Shown here piece after piece: positions 20,222-30,333 of a stretch of 64,000 bases of DNA. The stretch covers positions 64,001 through 128,000 of the forward strand of contig CAVTCR010000081.1 of the NCBI GenBank assembly GCA_963733195.1, read 5' to 3'. The DNA is from an uncultured delta proteobacterium. GTDB lineage: Bacteria; Desulfobacterota; Binatia; Bin18. The notes below the pieces were generated by a model. The model searched no databases. It saw nothing but the letters and a program-made list of their open reading frames with translations, and was not told where the DNA came from. Position numbers and translations under genes: made by a program. The stretch's first letter is position 1. Every line of letters begins with the position of its first letter.

Positions 20222-21340
20222 ATGAAAGTCATCGACGGCGATAGCCACTTTATGGAGCCATTGGACTTGTTTGATCGTTATACTGATGCGAAATTTCGTG
20301 AGCAGGCGATGCGGGTGGTGCAAGACCCCGCGACTGGCAAGCCTGCCTTAGTCGTCGAAGGGCGACAGTTACATATCCTCAATGTCGAAGAACTACTCGC
20401 TGCTGTGGTTGGCTACGGTCAAAAGGAAGCGGGACACGACCTCAGCAATTTTGATCAAGCGTTGACGTACAATGCTGAGTGGCAAGACATGACCAAACGC
20501 GTGCAGTTCCTTGATCAGGAAGGAATCGATTTGCAGATTCTTTATCCGACGATGGGTCTCTTGTGGGAAGGTGGAGTAGAAAGTCCACAAGTTGCCGATG
20601 CGCTGTGCCGCGCCTACAATACTTGGGCGTTCGAGATTACCGCCTCACAGAAGCACAGATTGTTTCCCGCCGCTCATATTTCACTGCGTGATACTCAATT
20701 GGCAGTGAAAGAACTGCAACGAGTCGCTACACTCGGCTGCAAGACTATCTTTGTTGCGGCGATGCCAGTCAACGGTCACAGCTTTGGCCACCCAGATTTG
20801 GACCCGGTGTGGGCGGCGGTGCAGGATCTGGATCTTAGTGTCGGTATCCATCTGGTTGGCCACCGGCATTACACCGGCAGTCAGTGGTATCAAGATCGTG
20901 ATCCGGGTTTTATGTTTGTGACGATGAACGTGATCCAAGACCCGCGTATGGCGCTGACGACGATGGTCTATGACGGTGTATTTGAGCGGTTTCCGAAGTT
21001 GCGAGTGGCGACCATCGAAGCGATGGCTGGGTGGGTGGGTGAATGGCTTGAACGGCTCAACTATCGTTTCAAGTATATGAAGCACACCTCGCAGATGAAG
21101 AGGTCAGCGAGCGAGTACTTTGCCCAGAATATTTGGATCAACGGTGATCCCGAAGAGCAGATGTTTCCGATTATGGTCCAGTTCGCCGGTGACGAACGCT
21201 TCTTTGTCGGTTCCGATTACCCACATGCCGAGGGGTTTATTGAGCCGATGAAGAAAGCGCGTAAGCTGCTTTCTGGATTACCCACAACTTCGGTAGACAA
21301 GATTTTAGGGGCGAATGCGCAGAGGTTCTTTGGGATTTAG
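20222..21340 (+). CDS. Amidohydrolase family 2 protein
   Basis: IDGDSHFMEP, QILYPT, RAYNTW, GVFERFPKLR, GSDYPHAE; GGAGG RBS. Confidence 0.92.
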   Translation: MKVIDGDSHFMEPLDLFDRYTDAKFREQAMRVVQDPATGKPALVVEGRQLHILNVEELLAAVVGYGQKEAGHDLSNFDQALTYNAEWQDMTKRVQFLDQEGIDLQILYPTMGLLWEGGVESPQVADALCRAYNTWAFEITASQKHRLFPAAHISLRDTQLAVKELQRVATLGCKTIFVAAMPVNGHSFGHPDLDPVWAAVQDLDLSVGIHLVGHRHYTGSQWYQDRDPGFMFVTMNVIQDPRMALTTMVYDGVFERFPKLRVATIEAMAGWVGEWLERLNYRFKYMKHTSQMKRSASEYFAQNIWINGDPEEQMFPIMVQFAGDERFFVGSDYPHAEGFIEPMKKARKLLSGLPTTSVDKILGANAQRFFGI

Positions 21341-21427
21341 GCTGCAGGCCGCAGGCTGTAGGCTTAAGGTTAAGAAGCTCCCCTACAGCCTTAAGCCTCT
21401 GTAGGTGAATCACAAGAGAGGAGAGGT

Positions 21428-22465
21428 ATGTCCCTTGAAGGCCTGATTGACGTACACGCCTTGGAAACGTTCTTACGCCAAAATTTGCCGCCGCATGAAG
21501 GCGAGATAATTATTGAGAAGCATGAAGCTGGTTTCTCGAACGAAACCTTCTACGTTTCTTGGGGACCGAAACGATGGGTGATGCGCCGCCCACCGCGTGG
21601 AGACATTCTGCCCACGGCTCACGATATGTTACGTGAGTTTCGTGTGCTGTCTGGCTTAGCCCCGACTGGAGTGCGGGTGCCGCGGCCGGCGGTGGTGTGT
21701 GAAGATCGTTCAATTATTGGCGTGCCGTTCTATTTGATGGAGCGGATAGAAGGTGTGGTCATTCGTGAACAACTCCCGCCTGAGTTCGATGCGGTGATAG
21801 ATCGCAAGAAAATTGGCGAAGAGCTGATCGACGCGTTGGTCGAGTTGCATGCCGTCGATTGGCAAAAAACGCCACTCGTGAATTTGGGAAAACCCGAAGG
21901 CTTTCTTGAACGGCAATTACGACGGTGGCTGGGGCAGTTAGAACTGACCTTGCCGCGAACTCGTTCGCTGCAAGGTATCCATGAGGTAACGCAATGGTTG
22001 CAGACCCATGTGCCACCACAAAGCACGACCAGTATCGTGCATGGCGACTACAAGCTCGATAACGTGATGTTTGCGCCGCCACCGTCAACGCATTTGGTTG
22101 CAATCTTTGATTGGGAGATGGCAACCCTTGGTGATCCGCTTGCTGACCTTGGCTGGGTACTGAGCTTTTGGGGGCCAACAGGCGATCCCCCTGACCCTGA
22201 GCCAAAAGAGAGTAATTACATCACCTCACAACCTGGATTTCTCGCACGCGAAGAGCTGCTGGCACGGTATGAACAAAAAACTGGCCGGACAATGAAGCAC
22301 TTTGCCTTTTATCATTGCATGGCTGTGTGGAAGTTGGCGATTATTCTTGAAGGGTTATATCGCCACTACATTGAAGGCACGGCGTCAAATCCCAAAGCCA
22401 ATGAATTTGAATGGAGAGTGCCACAGCTTGTTGATCGTGCGCATCGGATTATTGCCGCTGCGTGA
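21428..22465 (+). CDS. APH/ACAD10-11-like phosphotransferase
   Basis: GFSNET, MRRPP, AHDMLRE, HGDYKLDN, FDWEMATLGDPLADLG. Confidence 0.92.
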   Translation: MSLEGLIDVHALETFLRQNLPPHEGEIIIEKHEAGFSNETFYVSWGPKRWVMRRPPRGDILPTAHDMLREFRVLSGLAPTGVRVPRPAVVCEDRSIIGVPFYLMERIEGVVIREQLPPEFDAVIDRKKIGEELIDALVELHAVDWQKTPLVNLGKPEGFLERQLRRWLGQLELTLPRTRSLQGIHEVTQWLQTHVPPQSTTSIVHGDYKLDNVMFAPPPSTHLVAIFDWEMATLGDPLADLGWVLSFWGPTGDPPDPEPKESNYITSQPGFLAREELLARYEQKTGRTMKHFAFYHCMAVWKLAIILEGLYRHYIEGTASNPKANEFEWRVPQLVDRAHRIIAAA

Positions 22466-22541
22466 GCTTGTCGGTCATGTGGCCGAGAAAAAACAGCCTC
22501 TCGTTTACTCCGGCAAGGCCAACACCTGACGCAACACGTCA

Positions 22542-24147
22542 ATGTTCCAAAGTACACACTTCGTCTGGGTCATTTGTTTACTTGGCGGGCTGTTGAGGAT
22601 CTACCAACTTGGCAGTGAGAGCCTGTGGCGAGATGAAATTAGTTCGGCGGCTGTTGCTCAGCTCTCTTTGGCGCAGATTGTCGAGAACCGCTCTTCCGAT
22701 GTCCATCCGCCATTGTATTACTTTCTGTTACACTATTGGGTAGCTCTCTTGGGATCTTCGGAATTTAAAATCCGTCTACTGTCGGCCATTTTTGGCAGCG
22801 CATCCCTGTGGCCGATGTACAAAATAGGGCGCACCCTTTTTAATCAGTTTGTGGGGATTCTCAGTGCTCTCCTCTTGGCGCTTGCTGAATTCCATATTCA
22901 CTACTCACAAGAGGCAAAGAGCTACAGTCTCCTAACGTTTCTTACCTTACTGTCTTTTCTGTCGTTGATTCAGCTTCTCGAAGATCGGAAATTTTTCGTC
23001 TGCATTCTTTATGTCGTTGTAAACACATTGCTCATTTATACTCACGCCTATGGGCATTTCATTCTCATTAGTCAGCACTTCTTTTTTCTCTATTTGTTTT
23101 TTTCAGTTCCCGAAAAAAACAAATTCACGGTGAAGGAGTGGTTGATTCTCCAGAGTATCCCACTGGTTCTTTACATACCGTGGGCTCAGATTTTTCTCGA
23201 CCAGGTGCACAAACAACAAGAGAGGTTTTGGCTTGAGACTCCGACGATTTCCTCAGTGGAGAGAACGTTTTCAGATTATGCTGGCTCTCGACTCTCTCTC
23301 ATCTTACTTCTGTTCATTGTGGTGTTTCCCTATATGCAGCACGCTATATGGAAGGGGAAAAACGCGGAGAACGAATGGTCTAGGGGACAGATATAGGAGA
23401 TTGAGGACAGCGAGAGGAGGAACTGGGGGGGAGAGACCTTGTATGGGGAGAGGGGGGTAGCGGGGTACTATCGGGGGGGGGGTGATATATTGTTGATAGT
23501 TAGTTCTAGCGGTGGCTTGTTTAGGCGATCGCTAGAAAAGCCTGGACAACGGTCGAGCAATTCGGCTAGCTGGTCGTTCGCCCTTTTGCTTTCCTGGCTC
23601 CTAACGCCGATTCTGCTGCCTTTTGCGATTTCGCAGGTGGCGACGCCGGTGTATCTCACAAGGGGACCGGGAGTGCGTCGTGCGCGCTTTATATCCTCGT
23701 TGCAAATGGGGTGTATAGAATAAAAGGAGATCGAACCCTCCAATCTTGATGAGTAGCCTTATTTTCATCTTTTTCGCGGTCAATCTGTATGAGTATTATA
23801 CAAAGGTCAAAAAAGAACAGTGGCGAGAACTTGCCCATTACGTAGATAATCAGGCTGGACCGGGGGACCTCGTGCTGTTTTATCCCTCTTTTTGTCAGCA
23901 AGCGTTCGACTATTATTCGACGAGACGTGATCTCGTTAAAAAGGGTCCCCAGGATAACGGGGACGATGAAGCAAAGCAGTGGCAGTTGATAATGATGAGC
24001 ACAGAAAGTGACCCAGCATGGTTCATCCTGTGCGATGATCGAGCGAAGAGGACCTCGATGGAGCAGATGCTGGGCGAAGCCTATCCGTACTTGTCACGTG
24101 TACATTTCAAAGAACTAGACCTCTTACGATTGAGGAAGGAAGAATAA
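22542..24147 (+). CDS. Glycosyltransferase family 39 (PMT/ArnT-like) membrane protein, frameshifted
   Basis: ESLWRDE, DVHPPLYY, RLLSA, YSQEAKSY; continues through ORFs 23439 and 23746 (KEQWRELA..PGDLV). Confidence 0.8.
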
Positions 24148-24164
24148 CGCACTCCGGCGCGCTC

Positions 24165-24956
24165 CTACGTCGAAGTGGCCAGCACCTCTCGCAGTACGTC
24201 GAGCGTTTCCTGATGTAACAACCCATTTGTCGCTAGCGTTTGTTCACCAGTGATGTCAAACGTTTGGCCGGTGAAATTGCTCATCTTGCCGCCCGCTTCT
24301 TCGACAATCAGTGATCCGGCGGCCGTGTCCCACGGATGCAACCGCCATTCCCAGAATGCATCAGCGCGGCCACAGGCAACATAACAAAGGTCGAGCGAGG
24401 CTGAACCGACGCGCCTCACTCCTTGTGTTCTCATCATGAAGGCTTGATAAAAGCGCAAATAGTATTCACTGCGTTTGCGGCGATCATACGGAAACCCGGT
24501 GAGAACCAGCGATTGGTCGAGCGTCGGGGTTGGCGAGACGTGAATGGGGTGGTTATTGAGTGTTGCCCCGTTCCCGCGCATCGCACAGAAAAGTTCGTCT
24601 TTGATCGGGTCATAGACAACACCGACGATTATCTGCGACTCGTGCATCAGTCCGATCGACACGGCGAAATGAGGAAACGAGTGCGCAAAATTGGTGGTGC
24701 CGTCGATCGGGTCAATGTACCAGCGATAGGCGCTGGGCTTGCCTGACACTGCGGATTCTTCGGCGATGATCTGATGATCGGGAAAGCGGGAACGGAGAAT
24801 CCCAGTAATCAACGCGTCTGAGGCTTTATCGACGTTAGTAACCAGATCGACAATATCTGTCTTGATCTCAATGGTTTTGGCTTTTTGCCAGTTGTCTTTG
24901 AGTAACGCCCCAGCCTGACGTGCGGCATCGACCGCGACCTTCATGAATGTATCCAT
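24165..24956 (-). CDS. suhB: Inositol monophosphatase
   Basis: DLVT, AEES, WYIDPIDGTTNFAH, GSASLDLCYVACGR, PWDTAAG. Confidence 0.93.
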   Translation of the reverse strand: MDTFMKVAVDAARQAGALLKDNWQKAKTIEIKTDIVDLVTNVDKASDALITGILRSRFPDHQIIAEESAVSGKPSAYRWYIDPIDGTTNFAHSFPHFAVSIGLMHESQIIVGVVYDPIKDELFCAMRGNGATLNNHPIHVSPTPTLDQSLVLTGFPYDRRKRSEYYLRFYQAFMMRTQGVRRVGSASLDLCYVACGRADAFWEWRLHPWDTAAGSLIVEEAGGKMSNFTGQTFDITGEQTLATNGLLHQETLDVLREVLATST

Positions 24957-25016
24957 GCTGTTGTTGTTTCATAGGGAGCTTTCGGCTGCAACGACGAGCA
25001 GCTAAATATCAACATC

Positions 25017-25868
25017 ATGCGGATTCTTGCTCCGGCGAAAATTAATGTCTTCCTGCGAATCACTGGCCGGCGGCCAGATGGATACCACTTGCTTGATTCC
25101 CTGATGGTGCCGATCAGTTTGTGTGATGAGATTCAGATAGAGATAGAGAGAGAGACAAGAGAAGGATTCCAAATAACTCTTACTTGTGATGATCCGACAT
25201 TGCCGACTGATGAAACGAATCTTGCCCACAAGGCTGCAACGTTGTTGTGCAAAGAAGCCGAAGTACAAGCTCACATTACTATTGATCTACTCAAGCGCAT
25301 TCCGGCTGGTGCCGGACTTGGCGGCGGGAGCAGTGATGCAGCCGCAGTATTGAAAGGCCTGAACGCGCTCTTATCATTGGGGTTTGATGAGTCGCGCTTG
25401 CGTGCGCTTGCCACTCGATTAGGCGCTGATGTGCCTTTTTTTATTCCTTGTCGTCCTTCACGTGTCCAAGGAATCGGGGAAATTCTGACCCCAGTGTTCG
25501 CGTTGCCACCGAAATGGTTTGTTGTGGTTGTTCCCCCCTTTGGCGTCTCTACACTGTGGGCCTATCGCCGTTTTGATGAACTGCCTGAACAAGAGAGCCC
25601 TGATAGTAAGATTGAACTGACCAACGGAAGGTGGCCTCTGGGAAAACTTCTCGTTAATGACCTCGAACGTGCAGTGATTTCAGCATATCCATCAATTGGC
25701 GAACTCAAAGAACAAATGCTCCGGCTTGGTGCAGAGAGTGCTTTGATGTCTGGCAGTGGTTCAGCCGTGTTTGGTATGTTTCAGAATCCCCACATTGCAG
25801 AACAGGCAGTGGACACACTTGGAAAAATAGGAAAAGCTTTTGTTGTCGAGCACTTGAACGAATCATAG
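25017..25868 (+). CDS. ispE: 4-diphosphocytidyl-2-C-methyl-D-erythritol kinase
   Basis: APAKIN, DGYH, IPAGAGLGGGSSDAA, LGADVPFF, MSGSGS. Confidence 0.96.
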   Translation: MRILAPAKINVFLRITGRRPDGYHLLDSLMVPISLCDEIQIEIERETREGFQITLTCDDPTLPTDETNLAHKAATLLCKEAEVQAHITIDLLKRIPAGAGLGGGSSDAAAVLKGLNALLSLGFDESRLRALATRLGADVPFFIPCRPSRVQGIGEILTPVFALPPKWFVVVVPPFGVSTLWAYRRFDELPEQESPDSKIELTNGRWPLGKLLVNDLERAVISAYPSIGELKEQMLRLGAESALMSGSGSAVFGMFQNPHIAEQAVDTLGKIGKAFVVEHLNES

Positions 25869-26195
25869 AGTATCAATACTGTGTGTTCCATTAATCAGCA
25901 CTCTGTGAAGTGGGTGGGAGTTGCAGGCTCGGTTCTTCTATTGCTTATCTTTTCGCCGCTTCCCCTTTTCGCCATTTCCCCTTTTTCTGCCGTAGACTTC
26001 TAAGGGCAAAACTGCTACGTAATTTTGGCCTTCAGCGATCAACTATCAGCCAAAAATGCATGCTGACGAATGAGGACTGGGGACTGGGTAAACGAGGACG
26101 AAAAGCCTGAAAAGAGAACAAAACAGTCCTCATTGCTGAGTTCTCTATGTCATTCTTCGTTGATCACTGAATGCGAGTAGATGGCTTCTCGATAA

Positions 26196-26269
26196 TGGGG
26201 AGTAGCCAAGTTTGGTAAGGCACCGGACTTTGACTCCGGCACCCGCAGGTTCAAATCCTGCCTCCCCAG
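26196..26269 (+). tRNA. tRNA-Gln(TTG)
   Basis: TGGGGAG/CTCCCCA acceptor stem, CCGGA-CTTTGAC-TCCGG anticodon arm, GGTTCAAATCC T-arm; usual ispE-tRNA-Gln-prs synteny. Confidence 0.96.
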
Positions 26270-26304
26270 TGTGTTTTGTGGTCTTCGAGCAGGTGAGGAG
26301 TATT

Positions 26305-27282
26305 ATGCGAGACGCACCCCTGAAGATCTTTGCTGGAAATTCAAACGTACCCTTGGCGAAGGAGATCTGCGCATATCTCGGTACCTCGCTAGGGGCAGCA
26401 GATATTCGTCGCTTCAGTGACGGCGAGATAGCGGTCGAAATCACTGAAAACGTGCGCGGTGGCGATGTGTTCGTCATGCAATCCATCTGCACGCCTGGCA
26501 ATGACAACCTGATGGAGTTGCTGTTAATGCTCGATGCTTTTAAGCGAGCATCGGCAAACCGCATCACAGCGGTGATTCCTTACTATGGCTATGCACGACA
26601 GGATCGCAAGGTTGCCCCACGTGTACCGATTAGTGCGAAACTCGTCGCTGATCTTGTCACGACAGCCGGGGCTTCGCGCGTGTTGACGGCTGAACTGCAT
26701 GCTGGGCAGATTCAAGGATTCTTTAACATCCCAGTCGATAATCTGTTTTCTGCACCAGTGCTGTTGCCGTATATTCGTTCCCGCATTGGTCGTCAGGAGG
26801 TCACAATTGTTTCTCCTGATGCCGGTGGTGTTGAACGTGCCCGCGCTTTTGCGAAACGCCTAGGTTCGTCATTGGCAATTATTGATAAACGCAGAGCACG
26901 TGAAGGCGAGTCTAAAATCTCAGGGAAAGCCAATGTCGATGTTGCCGAGATGAACATTATCGGTGACGTTGAAGGTCGGGTTGCTATTCTTATCGATGAT
27001 ATGATTGATACGGCAGGAACGCTGACTACGGCGGCGGCGGCCTTGCACGAAGCCGGTGCACAAGCGGTGTTTGCTTGCTGTACGCATCCGATTCTTTCCG
27101 GGCCTGCAATCGAGCGTATTCGTGGGTCGGTGCTTGAGGAACTACTTGTCACCAATTCGATTCCCTTACGGTCTGAGGCTCAGGGGGTAGAAAAAATTAA
27201 GGTACTGTCGCTGGCGCCTCTGATCGGTGAAGCGATTCGTCGTATTCATAACGAGGAGTCAATTAGCTCTCTGTTTGTTTGA
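26305..27282 (+). CDS. prs: Ribose-phosphate pyrophosphokinase
   Basis: [31 protein letters not shown]; GAGGAG RBS. Confidence 0.97.
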   Translation: MRDAPLKIFAGNSNVPLAKEICAYLGTSLGAADIRRFSDGEIAVEITENVRGGDVFVMQSICTPGNDNLMELLLMLDAFKRASANRITAVIPYYGYARQDRKVAPRVPISAKLVADLVTTAGASRVLTAELHAGQIQGFFNIPVDNLFSAPVLLPYIRSRIGRQEVTIVSPDAGGVERARAFAKRLGSSLAIIDKRRAREGESKISGKANVDVAEMNIIGDVEGRVAILIDDMIDTAGTLTTAAAALHEAGAQAVFACCTHPILSGPAIERIRGSVLEELLVTNSIPLRSEAQGVEKIKVLSLAPLIGEAIRRIHNEESISSLFV

Positions 27283-27292
27283 TGAGGAAAAT

Positions 27293-27965
27293 ATGGAAAC
27301 AGTGGTTTTGAAAGTTGAAGATCGTCAAGTAAAAAGCAAAGGGGAATCTGGGAGACTGCGACGCAGCGGGAAAGTTCCAGCCGTTTTCTATGGTCCAGGA
27401 AAACGGCTGCCCCATTTGTGTCGATGCACGCGAGTTTCGCTTTAAGTTGGACGGCCTTGAAGGATCACATTTGATTCAGCTCACTTCGCCCGGTTCAGTA
27501 GTCAATGAGAAGTTGGCGCTGTTGAAAGAAGTGCAACGCCATCCGGTGACCAGTGCCCCAGTCCATATCGACTTCTACGAGGTCGATGTGAATAAGCCGA
27601 TTGAAGTGACAGTCCCGTTGCATTTCATTGGCAAAGCACAAGGGGTGACGGCTGGTGGTATCCTGCAATCCCTCCGTCGCGAAATTACCGTAGAATGTCT
27701 GCCACGAGAAATCCCTGAGTTCTTTGAGGTGGATGTTTCACCGCTAGCCTTACACGACTCGGTACGTATTTCTGAAATTCCGTTGCCGGCTGGCGTGAAG
27801 GCGGTCTATGACACCGATGATTCCGTCGTAACTGTCGTTTCACCAGTAGCCGCTGAAACGAAAACTGAGACAGAAGTGGTTGAAGGAGAAGCTGCGGCTG
27901 GAACGGAGACGGCTGCCCCTGCACCAGCAGCGGCGGGTGGAGCACCAAAAGCGGACAAAAAATAG
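27293..27965 (+). CDS. rplY: 50S ribosomal protein L25/Ctc (frameshift near 27400)
   Basis: RLRRSGKVPAVFYG then KEVQRHPV, HIDFY, VPLHFIG, GGIL in the next frame. Confidence 0.92.
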
Positions 27966-28096
27966 AGGCCCGAGAGGTGAAATGGGCGAAATAGGGAAGA
28001 TGGGCAAAAGGCAAGGAAACACTGAACAATTTGTTTCCTCACTGTTTTGCCCTTTCTCCCATTTTACCCTTTTCCTCATTTTATTCAGGTTCGGAC

Positions 28097-28687
28097 GTGC
28101 GTGTCATTATTGGTCTCGGAAATCCTGGTCCCGAACACCGCAAGACACGCCATAATGTCGGCTTTTGGGTGGTGAACACCTTGGCTGAACGCTGGGGCAT
28201 CCGCCTGTCTCGCCGAGCGTTTCTATCGTTGATTGGTGATGGCCAGCTAAACAGAGAGAAAGCTCTTCTCGTTCAACCTGAAACATACATGAATCGTAGT
28301 GGCGAGGCGGCAATAAAAATACGGGATTTCTACCGACTGGAATTGTCGGACTTTATTGTTATTCATGACGACCTTGACCTTCCCTTCGGACGAGTGAGGG
28401 TGAAGCGCGGAGGGGGAGGAGCAGGAGGAAACCGCGGAGTTGCTTCGCTGATTGCGGCGTTTGGCAGTAAAGAGTTCGTGCGCATTAAGGTCGGTATTGG
28501 GCGCCCTCCTGGACGTCAAGATCCGGCCGACTTTGTTTTACAGCCCTTTACTCCTCAAGAAGAAGCGTCTATTCTCCCCGCGGTGGATAACGCTGCCGAC
28601 GCGGTAGAAATGTGGGTCCGCGATGGTATTGAGAAAACGATGGCGGCAGTGAATGGAGCGGTCCAACCAGAGGCAGAGCAGCCGTAG
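28097..28687 (+). CDS. pth: Peptidyl-tRNA hydrolase
   Basis: GLGNPG, TRHNVGF, TYMNRSG, HDDLD, GIGRP. Confidence 0.95.
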   Translation: MRVIIGLGNPGPEHRKTRHNVGFWVVNTLAERWGIRLSRRAFLSLIGDGQLNREKALLVQPETYMNRSGEAAIKIRDFYRLELSDFIVIHDDLDLPFGRVRVKRGGGGAGGNRGVASLIAAFGSKEFVRIKVGIGRPPGRQDPADFVLQPFTPQEEASILPAVDNAADAVEMWVRDGIEKTMAAVNGAVQPEAEQP

Positions 28688-28773
28688 AGAGTGAGAACAC
28701 TCAACGACCTTTGCTCGACACCCCTTAATGCGAGGACCACAAGTAGCGATGCGATTATTGGCAGGAGGAACGC

Positions 28774-29148
28774 ATGCCGAGTTACGAAACATTGTGCATT
28801 TTTCATCCAGAGTTGCCAGAAGCTCGAGTCAAAGAGCTAAACGCATGGATGCAAAAGATTGTTGAAGGAGCTAATGGGACAGTGGTCCGGGCAGATGAGT
28901 GGGGTATGCGGGATCTTGCTCACCTGATTAAGAAGCAGAGGCGCGGCTACTATCTCCGGCTTGAGTATGATGCGCCAGGGGCAACGGTGAAAGAGCTAGA
29001 GCGCAACCTTCGTATCAACGAAAATGTTTTGCGTTTCCTTTCGACCGTACGCAAGCCGTCCGTGGTTGCTCCAGCTTCGCAACCTTCTACGACGGCACCT
29101 TCCACACCTCCTCCGGTCGAATCAGAGAATCCGACTGCTGGTCAATAG
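28774..29148 (+). CDS. rpsF: 30S ribosomal protein S6
   Basis: YET, WGMRDLA..IKK, GYY, ELERNLRINENVLRFL. Confidence 0.95.
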   Translation: MPSYETLCIFHPELPEARVKELNAWMQKIVEGANGTVVRADEWGMRDLAHLIKKQRRGYYLRLEYDAPGATVKELERNLRINENVLRFLSTVRKPSVVAPASQPSTTAPSTPPPVESENPTAGQ

Positions 29149-29212
29149 TTTTTTCTTAGGAACGAAGTTGATTTTCATAAAACTTTGGTATTTTGTTTGA
29201 AGGATTACGCGT

Positions 29213-29509
29213 ATGCCACCGAGACAACGACAACAAGAAAGAGGGCCGCAAAGAAGAGGGCCAGCGACCGATGATAAATTCCCGAATCGGCGCCGTTTAC
29301 GCCGTAAGGTGTGTCGATTCTGCGCTGACAAAGGAGCCGGAATTGACTACAAAGAGCAACGCATGCTGGAAGACTTTATTTCCGAACGAGGAAAGATCAT
29401 TCCCAGCCGGATTACGGGCACCTGCGCCTGGCATCAAAGAAAGCTGACCAAAGCGATTAAGCAAGCCCGCTCTATTGCGCTTGTGCCGTATGCGTCGGCA
29501 CGGTTGTAA
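29213..29509 (+). CDS. rpsR: 30S ribosomal protein S18 (Zn-binding form)
   Basis: [31 protein letters not shown]. Confidence 0.96.
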   Translation: MPPRQRQQERGPQRRGPATDDKFPNRRRLRRKVCRFCADKGAGIDYKEQRMLEDFISERGKIIPSRITGTCAWHQRKLTKAIKQARSIALVPYASARL

Positions 29510-29612
29510 GAGCGCATGGCAAGATGAAGACTCACCCCGTTCTATGGACGGTGAAACGATCTAGTTTTGAACTTGAGTTTTCTTATTTGCTGCCGTAAAA
29601 ATAGAGGCTGCT

Positions 29613-30059
29613 ATGGAGATCATTTTACAAGAAGATGTTGCGAACCTTGGTACTATCGGCGAGGTCGTGAAGGTTCGTGATGGATACGGACGTAATTATC
29701 TCATTCCTCGTGGGTTTGCTATTGAAGCAAATCGTCGTAACCTCCACGTCCTTGAACATCAGAAACGGTTAACGGCGGCAAAGAAGGAAAAAGATCACCA
29801 GAAAGCACAGGGAATGAGTGACCGGATTACCGCACTGTCATTAACAATCCAAGCTCGAGCTGGGGAAGAAGATCGTCTATTTGGTTCAGTGACGAATATC
29901 GACATTGAGAAGGCGCTGACAGCGCAAGGTGTGACGATCGATCGGCGAAAGATCCTGCTGGCAGAGCCAATTAAGCAACTTGGGACGTATACGGTTCCTG
30001 TTCACCTCAGTAGTGAAGTGCGCGGGAATATTACTGTGCATGTCGTGCGGGAATCGTAA
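29613..30059 (+). CDS. rplI: 50S ribosomal protein L9
   Basis: LG..GEVVKVRDGYGRNYLIP, LFGSVT, PIKQLG. Confidence 0.96.
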   Translation: MEIILQEDVANLGTIGEVVKVRDGYGRNYLIPRGFAIEANRRNLHVLEHQKRLTAAKKEKDHQKAQGMSDRITALSLTIQARAGEEDRLFGSVTNIDIEKALTAQGVTIDRRKILLAEPIKQLGTYTVPVHLSSEVRGNITVHVVRES

Positions 30060-30125
30060 CAGAGAAATGGTAGAGTGGGGAGCAGCTGAGCAAAAGGAGA
30101 GGAACTCCCTGTATCATAATTTTGC

Positions 30126-30197
<72 letters not shown>

Positions 30198-30333
30198 TTT
30201 CCCCCTTAGTCTAGAACTCGACGCTGTCAGCTTTCGGCACTAGAGATTGAATCCTTTTCCCAGTTGATCGAATCAATGAATTAATGCGTCAATCCATCAA
30301 CGACCCGCTGATTGCTGAAAGCTGATTGCTCTT

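Noticed and set aside
23380-23560. G-rich stretch interrupting the GT39 gene (possible G-quadruplex or insertion)
   Set aside because: Looks like a low-quality basecalled segment with long G runs and frame loss; no termini or repeat structure
26212-26304. N-terminal extension of Prs in the ORF track
   Set aside because: Overlaps tRNA-Gln; the real start is ATG 26305 with an RBS
28700-28773. S6:S18 leader RNA upstream of rpsF
   Set aside because: Position is plausible, but the conserved structure cannot be verified by eye
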